Source of the DNA: Monocercomonoides exilis PA203
Lineage: Eukaryota; Protista; Preaxostyla
Direction: 5' to 3'
Length of the DNA: 64,000 bases
Assembly (NCBI GenBank): GCA_001643675.2
Contig: LSRY02000072.1
Location: 62,001 to 126,000 of the forward strand
Position 1 is the stretch's first letter. Each line of letters starts with the position of its first letter. A program made the translations under genes and the position numbers. The notes beneath the pieces were generated by a model that ran no database searches, had not been told where the DNA came from, and was given only the letters and a program-made list of their open reading frames with translations. This document shows positions 26,416 to 38,160 of this stretch, piece after piece.

Positions 26416-29400
26416 TAAGCCTGGGTGACTTAAGACTTTTGTCTTAAGGCAATCTACTTTTGACTGACTTTAAAAATGCTTGAAGTCAAAAAGCATTTAT
26501 ATCTCATCAAAATTATTCAAAAGTTTAACAGTTTATCGTTCACACACTAAATTGAATTAAAGGAAAATGAAAAATTTTAATCGAACAAAAAATAATCGAC
26601 ACTTTTTTTAAGAAATAAAGAACACGTTAATGGGTTTTGACCGGATCAATTTTTTGGAAATTGCCAAAGTCACAGACTGGTCGATCTTTTTTTGACTTTG
26701 TCAAATTTTTGTGTCAACACCCAACATAATTGAATGTTGAAATCATTTGAGTAAATTTCAGAATGCCTTTATGGATGAACATATTAAATGCATCGCTTTT
26801 TGATTGATTTATTCACTTTGAATAGCTAAAACACACTTTAAAGTGTATCTTCAAATGACCGGATTAACAAAATAAAGTGAAAAGAAAAAAGATGAAACCA
26901 TGAATGAGTCTTCTTCAATTCATTCAGCTGCTTCCTCCTGCTCTTCTTCTTCTGAAAGTTTTTCTTCAACATGCTTGACATCTTCTCAAATACTTGTTTT
27001 CGAAGATAATACTCATGACTCACTTGAAGATTCAATGGAAGATAGAACAGATGAAATAGAATATAGCACAAATGATGTGGAGGTGCTGTTTTCAAACCAG
27101 AAGATTAGTTTGATTTCCGTCTGGAACCAGAAAAAGAGAAAGAAGTTTGTTATCAAGTGGTATGTTCCATATGATTTTACTGGGATATACGAATTAGACA
27201 AAGTTTTGAAATATACGTTGTGACAGTGTAATCAAATCAATCAAAAGAGATCAGGGATTTATGTTTCAAATTGTTTCTGGATTTTTGAATGAAGCACCAA
27301 GCTTCATATTCGAAGGCGACACACAAAAGTTCTACGCAGAGATCACAAAGAAAGAACTTCTTCTAACAATTCTCTCAAACATCTTTTTTCATTTGTTTCA
27401 TCTCAATGCAGCGAAGCAAGCTGCGAATGTGTCTTTCAAGAACAAAAAGGATGTCTGGTGACAGAAGGCATTCTCTATCTTTGAAGCACTGAATGCTCTT
27501 TTAACTATTTTGTCTTTTGACAAAGGTTTTTCATTTCACAATACAATCAATTATTTTGAAATAAATAACAAATCAACTGTTTTCTTTTTTGATTTTCACA
27601 AAAATATCAATCAATATTTTCATGAATATACTGCATATTTTAAGATAGTTCTTGTAAAGCGTTAATATCAATGAGCAAATAAAAAGAAGAACATCTGAAT
27701 GAGGAAACTGAAAGCAATATTCGTGATGGAAGTAAACGAGAAGGAGAATATGTGTTGCGTTTGTTGCTCTTTTCAATTAAATCTCACTTCTTTTCAATGA
27801 ATATGTTCGAAGTGCTTTTATAGCTTACAACATATCTTCTATATCATGCATTCTGTCTTCCACACATCTTTGTGAATATCTTTTCACTTTCTGAATTCCG
27901 TTATTGTTTGTTGATTTTTCAATTTTATTTTAACTCTTCACTGATATTTCCTATTCTATAACAGCATCTTTTCCTTCTTCACTATCTTCTTCTTTTTAAC
28001 TTTCTTCTTCCCCAACGGAGCTGTTGTCCTTTCCCACACCCATTCCACCGATCGTTGCTATTCTTCCCCTCATCCCACAGCCTGTCATCCATTTCTTTTC
28101 TGACGACCATCTGAGAGATTCCGTGCTGTTCACCATCGACGACTGCTTCTCTCTCAGCAAAGACGACCTGTCGCTTTTGATGGCAGCACTCATCACGTCA
28201 GACATCATTCATATTGGAATGGATGAAAGCACAACAACCGATGAAGAAGAAGGTGTTGAAGAAAAAGAAGAAATGAAACAACAGAATGACTCAAGTGAAA
28301 ATCGTCATCGCTATCATTTTCATATCCTTCTTCATCTTTTTCCTTTTCTTCGTTTCTTCTCAATTCATCAGTCGAATTCCAAAGCAGCGCGTCTCAGCTG
28401 CCTTTTGTATCGACCACGCTTCACTCTCCAAATGCAGCACATGATATGTCCAGTTGTGGCTTTTCTCTCTTCTTTAATACTTCAACCCCGAATAACGAGA
28501 TTGCTCAAAACAGGAATTCCAATGGCTCTTATTCGCTTTCCTCTTCCTCTCCTCCCTTTGCGTATCTTTTTCTTTCTCTTCTTCTGCTGTCTCAGATCTG
28601 TCGCCTTCTCTCCAATTATAATTCCATATTTCCATTGGCTTCTTCATCTTATTCGTCGGTTGTTAGCTCGCCTTGTGCTCATTCCCATCTCTTTCCTGAT
28701 GCTTTCCCACAAACAGCCAGCTCCCCCACCTCTTCTTCTCCTTCTTTTTCATATTCCTCTTCGTATTCTTCTTCGTATTTGTTATTTTCTCCACACACAA
28801 TTCTTCAGTTTGTCACTTTCCTGTTGCTTTTTAACCTTTGTGCACTTGTCTTCTGTTGTGGTTTTAATCCGTTTAAGCACATTCAGCTGAGAGAGAGAAT
28901 GAATAATAAAGAAATTGAAGCGGAGAAGTGGAAGCTGGGATGGACGATGCAGAAAGAGAATGAGAAAGAGAAGGAGAAGAAGAGGTAGAACATTCATTTG
29001 CCAATGAAAAGGATAGTGAAGATTGCACATGTTACAACGAAGCATACACACACTCAAATAAATGAAAAAGTCATTCATTGTTCCATGTTGAAACAACAAG
29101 CTGCCAAAGACAGAAGGTAGTTGAATGAGATACAAAGCGGTTTTCTGAGTCATGTGGAATGGACTTCGCTCCTTTTATCTCGTTTGAGTTTCCCTGGCAG
29201 CGTTGCTCTTCTTTTTGCTCTGTTTAGTACCTTTCGCAGTTGGTGGCTGGCTCTCAACCAGCTTCATGTTCTTCTTCATCTTCGTATTCATTATCATCTT
29301 CTTCCTTTCATTCAAAAAACCCTCTTCCATCTTCTCGATTCCATTTCCTTTCCAGTTCTCCTCTCAAAACACGCTCTTCATTCTCTTTCTCTTTCTCTTT

Positions 29401-30595
29401 CGCCTCGTCTTTCATTCTTCTTATTCTAATTAAAATTTATGAAAACTTCCTTTGGATGAATAATTTCTCCGTTTCTTCTTCATTTCATTCATGATCTCTG
29501 ATGCAGATATCAAATATGAAGAAATTCATTCAGATGATGTGAATGAAGAAGAAGAAGAAGAAGAAGAAGAAGCGTGTGAAATGTTGTGATAATTTGATGA
29601 AGATTTTGAAGGTGTTGAATGAATGAGTTGATTGAAGGTTGAAAGTTGAGAACATAAATTTCAATTTTCACCAACGGAGAAATTCGTTGTAATTCTCCTC
29701 TTCAGGATTTTGTCTTCTGGTGAGGAGAAACCTCTGAATCTTTTTCACTGTCAGCTCAATTATCCCCCCTCACCAACAAAAAATAGGAAACATATGTGAA
29801 TCCCTTTTTCATTTAATCTCTTCTTTTTTCGCTTCCCCTCTTTCACAAAAAATCTTTTTTCCTCAAAAATTATTCATCATCAAAGCCCAACGCCAGGCAT
29901 CTTCGATTAATCTTATATTTCAACAACCTTCTTTTCATTTTTCTTCCCTGCTTTCCTTATTCAAAGCCATATAATCACTCATTCTTTCAATAGCCTGAAT
30001 AAAAAAGAATAATCACTTCAAAAAAACAACGATAGCAAACCTTCAGAACCTATTTTTAAGTCAATATCTATAACTTATCCCATTGGCAACTGTTTTCTTC
30101 AATCCAATTTCTAATTTCTTCCTTTTTCAAGTGTTTCATCATCTGACTCTCTATTTTCACTTTTACGTCTCTTCTTCTTGTGGACTTTCTTTATGAATCC
30201 GTTAAGCAAACTGGATATTCATCAAGGATAATAAGATATTCCACTATTTGTTTATTTTCTAAAATTTCCACTGATTCACAAAAAGAAAAACATTTACAGA
30301 TAATAGGCAAATACAATAATATGCAAACCAATTAGCGTTCATATACTGCAAGCGTGAAATTGCGAAATTATTTTTCTCATATTGAGCGATATATGAATTA
30401 TGGTTTAGTGTTTTTTTTTTTAAAGGAAAAATGAAATTCATTACTAATCATTATTGAAAATAGCCATACAATTTTATTCTAAAAAATATATGTTTATTGT
30501 TTCAAAAAACAAGAGAGACAAAAAAAATCAATTGACGTGAAAAAATTCTGTTGACTGACGTAACCGTCTATTTTTCAATCCGTCAACCAGGCCTA
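26416..30595 (+). mobile_element. Unit-length hAT element (4180 bp), internally deleted, carrying cargo DNA
   Basis: Starts with the A end (TAAGCCTGGGTGAC) and finishes with the B end. Subterminal TGAC/GTCA motifs cluster at both ends; transposase remnants lie at 26900-27490. Confidence 0.88.
26900..27491 (+). pseudogene. hAT transposase remnant, right-arm copy with extra frameshifts
   Basis: Mirror image of 25457-26053; 1-bp deletions shift the frame inside the dimerisation motif. Confidence 0.7.
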
Positions 30596-30766
30596 ATATG
30601 ACAATTTAAAGAATTAATAAATAGGTTCAAATATCACCCAAATCAAGTTTTGATTAAATCAATTGTTGACCCATTATTAATTTTTAACATTTTGTTTTAT
30701 TGATTCACATTTTGTAACAAGCAATTACCATAAAAATTACTGAATATAATCATAAAATAACATTAA

Positions 30767-31138
30767 ATGTTCATTGAAGAAGAACTCCAAGAAATTGAAA
30801 AAGAGTATTCGCCATATTTACACAATTTTTCAATTGTTAAAAAATCGGAGACAGAAGCAAAATTTTCTCTGACTACGTTTGAAGATGAAATATTTGTTAT
30901 AAATTTGAGCATCGATGGATATGAGGTTTGAAAGACGATTGGTAGAAATTGTTCATGAATGTTTGAGCTCTCAACTTGACATTTTTCACAAAAGGTTGTT
31001 GATGGACCTTTAAAAGGTAATGTTTATGAATCATTCGAAGGTTTTATACGTTCAAGCAGTAAGCATTATCAATCGATGCAGAATAAAATTTTTCTTGAAA
31101 GACTTTCGTTGTTATCAAAGGAAAAGGATCATCAGTAG
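30767..31138 (+). CDS. Small GSKIP-domain-like protein (100 aa, 2 exons)
   Basis: Exons 30767-30925 and 30995-31138 (intron GTTTGA...AAAG) give MFIEEELQEIEKEYSPYLHNFSIVKKSETEAKFSLTTFEDEIFVINLSIDGYE|VVDGPLKGNVYESFEGFIRSSSKHYQSMQNKIFLERLSLLSKEKDHQ*. The TxE..l.ls..Gy / YE....l...S..y.....L..L pattern resembles GSK3-interacting protein. Not in the ORF track. Confidence 0.65.
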
Positions 31139-31313
31139 TTTTTTCGTTGTTTTTCTCTTATAATTTCTTTAAAAAATTTCGAATAAGTTGAAATTTATCT
31201 GAATTATTAAAAACAAACATGCTTTCAAACATTTCCCACTTGATCTTTCTTTTACTTTTTTGAATAAAGATCAGTTTCAATTTTTTGTTTTTTGAAATAA
31301 CAACCAAATATAA

Positions 31314-34102
31314 ATGTCATCCACCAGAAAACCGCTTAAAAAAGTTGTGGGCTCCGAGTTATCCGTTCCTGCAAACGGACAGGTAGATTTACAAAGGAAA
31401 GGCTACACTTCTTTCGAGGGAATGCCTTCCACGCACAACATTTCCATTCTCTATCTTCGTATGCTTTTAATCTATAAACATTATATGTCTAACTATCCAC
31501 TCCTCATTTTGAAAAAATAAACCTCTCTTATTTGTCGTTTTTTGCTTCCGAATTGCTTTTTTCGGCTATTTCAAAATTTTTTCGTTAAAACTTACATTAA
31601 AGAAATGAACCATTTCACGACATTTGATCACTTTCCCGTTCTATTGCATTTGAAGGAGTTGTACATGGCAGGCACTCAACTTGCTTCTTTACATGGTTTG
31701 CGAAAGCAGCCGCAAATCAAGTTGTTTGATTGCCAGCGAACTCCATTTTCCAAGAACCCTCATTTCAGATTGATGTGTATGCACTATTCCTTTATTCATA
31801 TTAATATCAAAGAAAAAATTTTGGATTTATTTCTTTTTAGCTCTTATTTCATTTGGATCAACATTGTTCAAAATCAATGATGTTCCAATTACTTCGAAAG
31901 AACGAGGCGAAAGTGTTGTTTATGGTCCATTGCTTTATGACTTTCTCAACGAAGGATTTTTGATTCGCTCTGTTCCAGAAAAGCCAGTAACATTTTTCAA
32001 GATCAATGTAGATGATGAAAAAGTTTCAGATGGTTTGATAATTTTAAACTTGAAATGATGTATTTGCTATCTCCTATTTAAATAATATCAACATGCAATT
32101 CATAACATTTATCTATTTATTTTTAAAGCAATTTCTGGATACGTGGATATTGTTGCTTGCGAAAGGGAAGAAGCAAATCAAGCAATATACACCACCAGCA
32201 CCGGAGAAACGCGCACACGAACGCTTACCCCGCCTCCAACCAGCTTTTCGTCCTCATCTCATTCATCTGTGCGACCATCGAGCGCACACAGAAGAATCGG
32301 TTCATCCGGCAGACTTTCACACAATCCGTCTTCTTCATCGATTTCTTCTCCTTCTCATTCTTCTTTGAGGCCTAAAACTTCTGCAAGTCTGGCAACACCA
32401 ACAAAAAAGCAGATAGGAAAAATTCCATCTTCTGCGTCTGCGTCAGCATCCACCTCAAGTTTTGAGTCCCTTCCATCTCCCTCTCTCTCTCCCTCTCCAT
32501 CATCTTCATCATTATCTCGCACGCCTTCCTCTTCAAGCACTGCATCCTCTTCATTGTCCAGCCACCAGCAATCAATTCAGCCACATGCGCTGAAATCTTC
32601 TCAGTCTGCTTCATCCACATCTTCCATCCAGCCTGTCCAACCAACCAGAACAAAGAAACTGATTTCCTCTCAACCACACAACAAGCCTTCCTCCTCCTCC
32701 TCCTCTTCTTCTTCTTCAAAAGCAGAGCACGTTCCAGCAAAGAAGAAAGCAGCCACTCAAAAGAAGGCTCCACGTTCTTCTGTTTCTTCTGCTGCTTCTC
32801 TGGCGACACCACAGCCAGCAGTGCCACACACATCAACGTGGTTTTTCGAGTCAATCACAGACAGCCTGACAAAAATGGATGATGCACTTTTGAAGACATC
32901 GTTTCCGCTCTCTGAGATTGATCAGAAGGAAAAAGCAAGCGATGAGAAGAAGAATGAAGTTGAGGAAGGAGAGGAAGAAGAAGATGGAGAGGAAGGAGAA
33001 GGAGAAGGAGAAGGAGAAGAAGGGGATGAAGGGAGAAAAAGGAAAGAAATGAAAAAGAATGAAAGCCAAGCCAACGTTAGAAGGCAGAAGAAGCCAGACG
33101 CAGCGCTGTTTCGCGTGAAATTCACAGCGCCTGACGAATACGACGGCGAAGGAATTGAATGCGAAGGCGAGACGAATGAAGACGGGACGAGGAGGAAGAA
33201 GGCAGCGAATGCGGTGTTGAGAGCAGGAGGATACAAAGATCATCTGCAGCTGGATGAGAAAGGAATCACGTGCCGTTGGATCAAGTCAGAAAACGACAAA
33301 AAGAAAGAGAAGGAAGAAAGAGAAAAGAGAAAGCTGAGGAGAAAAGAGAGAGAAAGCAAGAGGAGCGAAGAAGAAAGTGAAAGAATAAACAAAAAGGCGA
33401 AAGAGGTTGAAAGACCACAGCTGATCAAGAGAAACAGAAGAAGGCCATCTTATTTTGATTTTGACTGGGAAAAGGAAGAGAAAGCGAGACAAGAGAAGTT
33501 GGCACAGAAAGGAGGTGAAACAAAAGACGATGATGACGATGATGATTTTGATGATGATGATGACGAAGATGATGAAGGAAATGGAGAAGAAGCAGAAGAT
33601 GATGAGATGTTGATGGATGCTGATGACGAAGAATTGGATGATGAGAACGAGTATCCGTTGGACGAAGTCAGATTTTCGTGGGGGCTGGTTAATAATGTAT
33701 GCTCTTATTTTTAATCTTTTGATTTTATTTTATTTATTAAAATTATGATAACAATTTCTATTTATTTACAAATATTTTAACTTATTCCACTTCCTTTCAA
33801 CTTAACTATATCGAACACTATTTATTCATATTCCTCTTCCATTTACCATTTCCTTTTTTTCCATTTCTTCTTTCCTCTTTCTCTCCATCTCTCAGATCAC
33901 TTCTTCATCGACCTCTGGCAACGACCCAGCCATCCTCACCGTCACCATCATCACTCCATCACGCATCCCCCACACGATGCAGAGCAGAAGCACTGTTTTC
34001 ACCTCTTTCTCGTTTGAATGTGCTCATCCACGTTCAGTCATTCGCTGTGTGGACGAGTGGAAGAAGTGGAAGGAGGAGAGGGAAGGAGAAGGGAAAGTGT
34101 AA
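31314..34102 (+). CDS. Leucine-rich-repeat protein with Ser-rich and acidic linkers, AIR9-like LRR cap (multi-exon)
   Basis: LRR strands (ISILYL, LKELYMAGTQLASLHGL) are followed by TPFSKNPHFRLM..FGSTLFKINDVPITSKER..YGPLLYDFLNEGF. The large exon 32143-33697 splices via GTATGC...TCAG to the last exon 33896-34102 (TAA). Confidence 0.7.
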
Positions 34103-34973
34103 AAATAAATAGATAAAGGAAGGAAGGAAGGAAGGAAAGAAGGATATATTTTATTTTGTGAAAATTCACATACTTTCTTTTGGAAATGTTTACTGATTTG
34201 TATTTTTTTGTTGTTTGGTATTCATCAAAGACGAATAAAAGTTAATGCTTCGATTTATCGAATGACTCACTTATCGACTTCTTTTTTGTATTCTCATTGC
34301 ATTTTTGACCTCTTTCTCATTTCTCTATTGATTGTCTGCGAGTATTTTTGCTTACAATTATTTTATCTGCTTTTTTCCCTCTTCACTACAAAATGATTCA
34401 ATTCACTATCTCTAATATTTTTATGAGTATTCCTCTAATAATAATTTGTATGTACTACAAACACTCAAAGTTATTTATATATACATTAAATTCCACAAAA
34501 ATATGATTTTTAATAAATCATTTTATTTATTTTTGTGAAATTTCAAAATAAGGAATTATGATTGAATTGAAAAAACTATTAATATCATTTCTCTTCTTTC
34601 ATTGTCAATGAATCAAATCTTCCTTTAAAAGCTTAATTCCAAAGCAAACAAACGAAAAATTCAATAAACGCAATGGGAAGAAGAGTTGCTCAACAATAAA
34701 ACTGTTTGCTCATTATAAACAAAGCAGAATTCAAAAAATCAAGAGCAAAGAAATTTATCTGACTTTTGAATATAAAAAAATGTTAAATCGAAAAGAAACA
34801 TTAAACAAAAAATAATTTGTAACAGTAAGGCTCTTTAAATCCTTTTTCGATACAATAAAATAAACATTATAATCATTTGTAATATAACCATTAAGTATGG
34901 CATTTCATGTTTTTATATTCGAAATTATTAATAACCCAATATTAAATATTCTTATTTTTCAATCTTGTTTGCT

Positions 34974-37900
34974 TCACATAAGATTCATTTGCATTTTCAG
35001 CATATAATTCATTCTTTCATTTCGTCTTCGGTGTCTTTCTATTTTGTCTGGTTTGATTCTCTTTTTCTTCGCATTCACACTGAAAATATCAAAAATCCAC
35101 ATTTTTTTCATTTCAGATGGAGTTTTGAGCAAACACATTTCCTTCTCAAAATTCATCTTTTGCTTCAAAATTTGCTTTCGATTTTCTTTTTCTTTTGTTT
35201 GACTCAACACGAAATGACATCGATACAATTCATTTTCTTTCTTTGGAATCAATTTTTGTGGAAATGTTGCAGATAATTTTTCTTCAATATTTTTATTTGA
35301 AATATGAATTCTATCTTCTTCTTCTCCTTCTTTTTCTATTTCATTTCTTTTCATCATTTCTTCTTTCTTTTGTGAATCCTCCTTATGACATGCTCCTGTT
35401 TCTTCCTCTTTTCCATTCCCTTCTTCTTCTTCTTCTTCTTCTTTTGTTCCTTTTCTCTTATTTGTGCTTAATATTTTATTACCCTTCATCTGATAATACT
35501 TAGCCATCAAATAATTGTATATTGATCCACACACAACAACAGAACATTCATCTGCCTTTCCCGTTTTATTTGAAAGAAGCTTAATAAACCCTTCTTCATT
35601 CTCACTTTCTTCTTCTTTTTCATTCAAAAAATGGAAAGAATTCTGTTTACTTATCACAGGAACACAACTTGTGCATTCATTGAGCCAATCAAACGAAGAA
35701 AATGGATTTTGCAAATAATTCGAAATTTGCAGAGCTGATGAAGAATAAGATGGTTGCTTTTCTGTCGGATGAAACAGAATGTTTGTTTGAATTGGCGAAT
35801 TTTTAAGTTTGAGAAATTTCTTGTTTGCAAATGAAAAGTCTTCACTTTCATGTTTATTTTTGAAATTAGAAGAAGAAAATTTGCTTCCAAATACTGCATT
35901 TATTCCTTTCTCTTTCTTTTCCTTTGAAGAAGAAGCATTTTCCGTTCTGTTATTGTTGCTCCAATCACATTTCGCCACATGTTCATTCTTCTTCCTCCTC
36001 TTCTTCGCCTCCTTCTCTCTCTCCTTCACATAGTTGACAATATACATTTCCACTTGGGACAAACCTTTCATATTCTCTTCTTCTTCTCTTTCTTTCTCTT
36101 TCTCTGCGATTTTCTTCGCAATCCGTTCAATTTCTTCTTCACTTTCATTCACATCCAATTTTTCCTTTCTTTCTGCAAACGCAATTTTCAGTTCTTCTTC
36201 AGTCAAACCAACTTCTTCCTCAAAATTCCCATTTTCGCCCTGTTTTTTACTCTCTCCCATATAATCTGCATCACTCATCATTGATAATTCCGCTTTTCGC
36301 CACATTTCTTTTTCTTCCGGCAAAGTCGCCCAATCTTTGAATATCCATCTCCCAAACAGCTTGGCGTATCTTTTAGCTTCGACAATCTGCTTTTTCACCA
36401 GTTTTTTCTGTTCTTTCCTCATTTTCCCTTCAAAATCCTCATTTTTCATTGAAAAAACAGAAGCTCTAAGCTCATTCCGTTCATTATCATCTTCATCAAT
36501 ATCGTTCATTTCCCTCTTTTCTTCCACTTCTTCTTCTCCTTCTTCATTTCCCTCCTTCTCTTTCCCATCCTTCGCACCTCCTCCTCCTCCTCCTCTCCTC
36601 GCACACACAAACAATTCGTTCTTCCCCATCGCATTCCCCACGCTCAGCATCAGCCCCACATCCTCTTTTCTCCACTTCTCTTTCATCGTCTCTTCTCTTC
36701 GCTCTGCCAAAAGTGACACCTTCACCCCGTCAATCACATAGTCAATGTCCCAACAGAACTCCCGCTGCTTCATCGCCCCGGGCTTCCACTCAGAAATAAG
36801 CGCTTTCGGAGAAATATGATCGTCTTCAGCTATTTCTCCGATATTTTCCTCTGAACTTTGTGGGACATTTTCGGTTTCTTCTTCTTCTTCTTCTTCTTTG
36901 CTCAATGTTCCTGTGCCCATTGTTTGTTTTGAAGTTCCATGAATTTCACTTGAAATGAGTGATTTACCTGAAAGCATGTCTTTTGAGTTCAATTCATTTG
37001 AAGATAAGATTGCATGTTTATTCACAGTGTTTTCCGTATTTGGAACAATTTCATTGAATTTCCCAGTGTCTGCTCCCTGTTCATCATGAATTCCAATAGA
37101 ATGCGATGAATATTCAAATGGCAACACACAGCTGCGATAGAGTGGCTGCGAACAAATTGTATTTAATTTGGTTGTTTCATTATGATTGGTGCAATTCATC
37201 TCATTCTTTGCTTTCAAAGTCGAATTGAAGTTGACTGTTGACTTTTCATCCTTATTTTTAATTTCTTTGTACAAACTTTCTCTTCGTAGCTCTTCAAATA
37301 AATCTTGTTCTGTCATGAAATAATCTGGTTGATCTTCTGGACGTATTTTCAGTTTTTCAAACCGTTTTGCCTGTTCGGTTTTACCTCCAAAATCCACCCC
37401 AGAAAACACTTTGGTATCCAACTTTTCATTTTTCATTTTGATTTTTGTTTCTTTTTCAGTTGGTGATAAATGTGAAGAATTTCGATTTGAAACTGGATTG
37501 AAATCAATCTTTTCGCTCTCATCATCACATAAACTGAAAGAGAGCACAGAAAATTTCGAATAAGATGCATGAAAAGAAGCAAGGTGATTTTTCTTCAATT
37601 CAGATTTAAATTCATTTGAATCAGAATGACTTGGTAAAGGCTTTGAATTTTTTTCTGATGAATGGCGCAGAAAATCAAACGGTGATGAAGAAGCAGTAGC
37701 AATTGAAGGCTGGACGCATGTTGATTGTATATGATTACGTTGAAATGACCCGCTTCTACCAAAATTTTCAGTCTTAAATTTGCTTAAATTCTCCAAATAT
37801 GAAGAACGAGATTTTGAATCTTCAAGAAAGTTTTCAGAAGTAAAATTTCGTGAAGAAACTGAATAAGAATATTTGCATGATGGTTGCTTTGAAGCGTATA

Positions 37901-38060
37901 GATGAGAGGTTGAATATTCATCATTCAGTAACTTTGAGCAACATTATTCAAAAACCAGAAAAACACAATATATCACAATTAAAAAATTGCAACACTAATT
38001 CATAACTATTAAATAAAAGCTTTATACCATATTGAGATCTAATTTCGAAAATTTACTCAT
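34974..38060 (-). CDS. Uncharacterised Glu/Lys-rich protein (about 1000 aa)
   Basis: 940-aa ORF 34974-37796; the open frame appears to extend upstream. Probable first exon ATG 38060 (MSKFSKLDLNM|gtataa). No family recognised. Confidence 0.7.
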
Positions 38061-38160
38061 TCTTTTCTCAAATTAAACGAGCATCAATAAACATTGTTCT
38101 GATCTTTGATCCCATTACAGAATGAAGACATTAAGGTGAAGAGAAACTCTTGGATTTTAA

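Larger units (their letters stand above)
22220..30595. mobile_element. Composite (double) non-autonomous hAT transposon containing an internal inverted duplication
   Basis: Termini TAAGCCTGGGTGAC (22220) and GTCAACCAGGCCTA (30595) form 14-bp imperfect TIRs, with a perfect 8-bp TSD ATATGACA at 22212-22219 and 30596-30603. A hAT dimerisation-domain remnant lies inside. Confidence 0.92.
22350..30595. repeat. Near-perfect palindrome: arms 22350-26415 and 26538-30595, 122-bp spacer
   Basis: The ORF track is mirror-symmetric (22504+/30259-, 23516-/29121+, 24055-/28024+, 25172+/27573-, 25858+/26838-). Arm lengths are 4066 and 4058 bp, and the differences I saw are single-base indels in short runs. 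Confidence 0.97.

Noticed and set aside
22342-26545. Simple nested insertion of one element into another
   Set aside because: A nested inverted copy would end in the reverse complement of A. Instead A at 26416-26537 is in forward orientation and preceded by the inverted 8-mer.
22350-30595. Palindrome as a long-read foldback assembly artefact
   Set aside because: The arms start and stop exactly at transposon termini, both inner junctions carry the same 8-bp target word, the spacer is a copy of the A end, and unique sequence resumes after a matching TSD. Read-level confirmation is still advisable.
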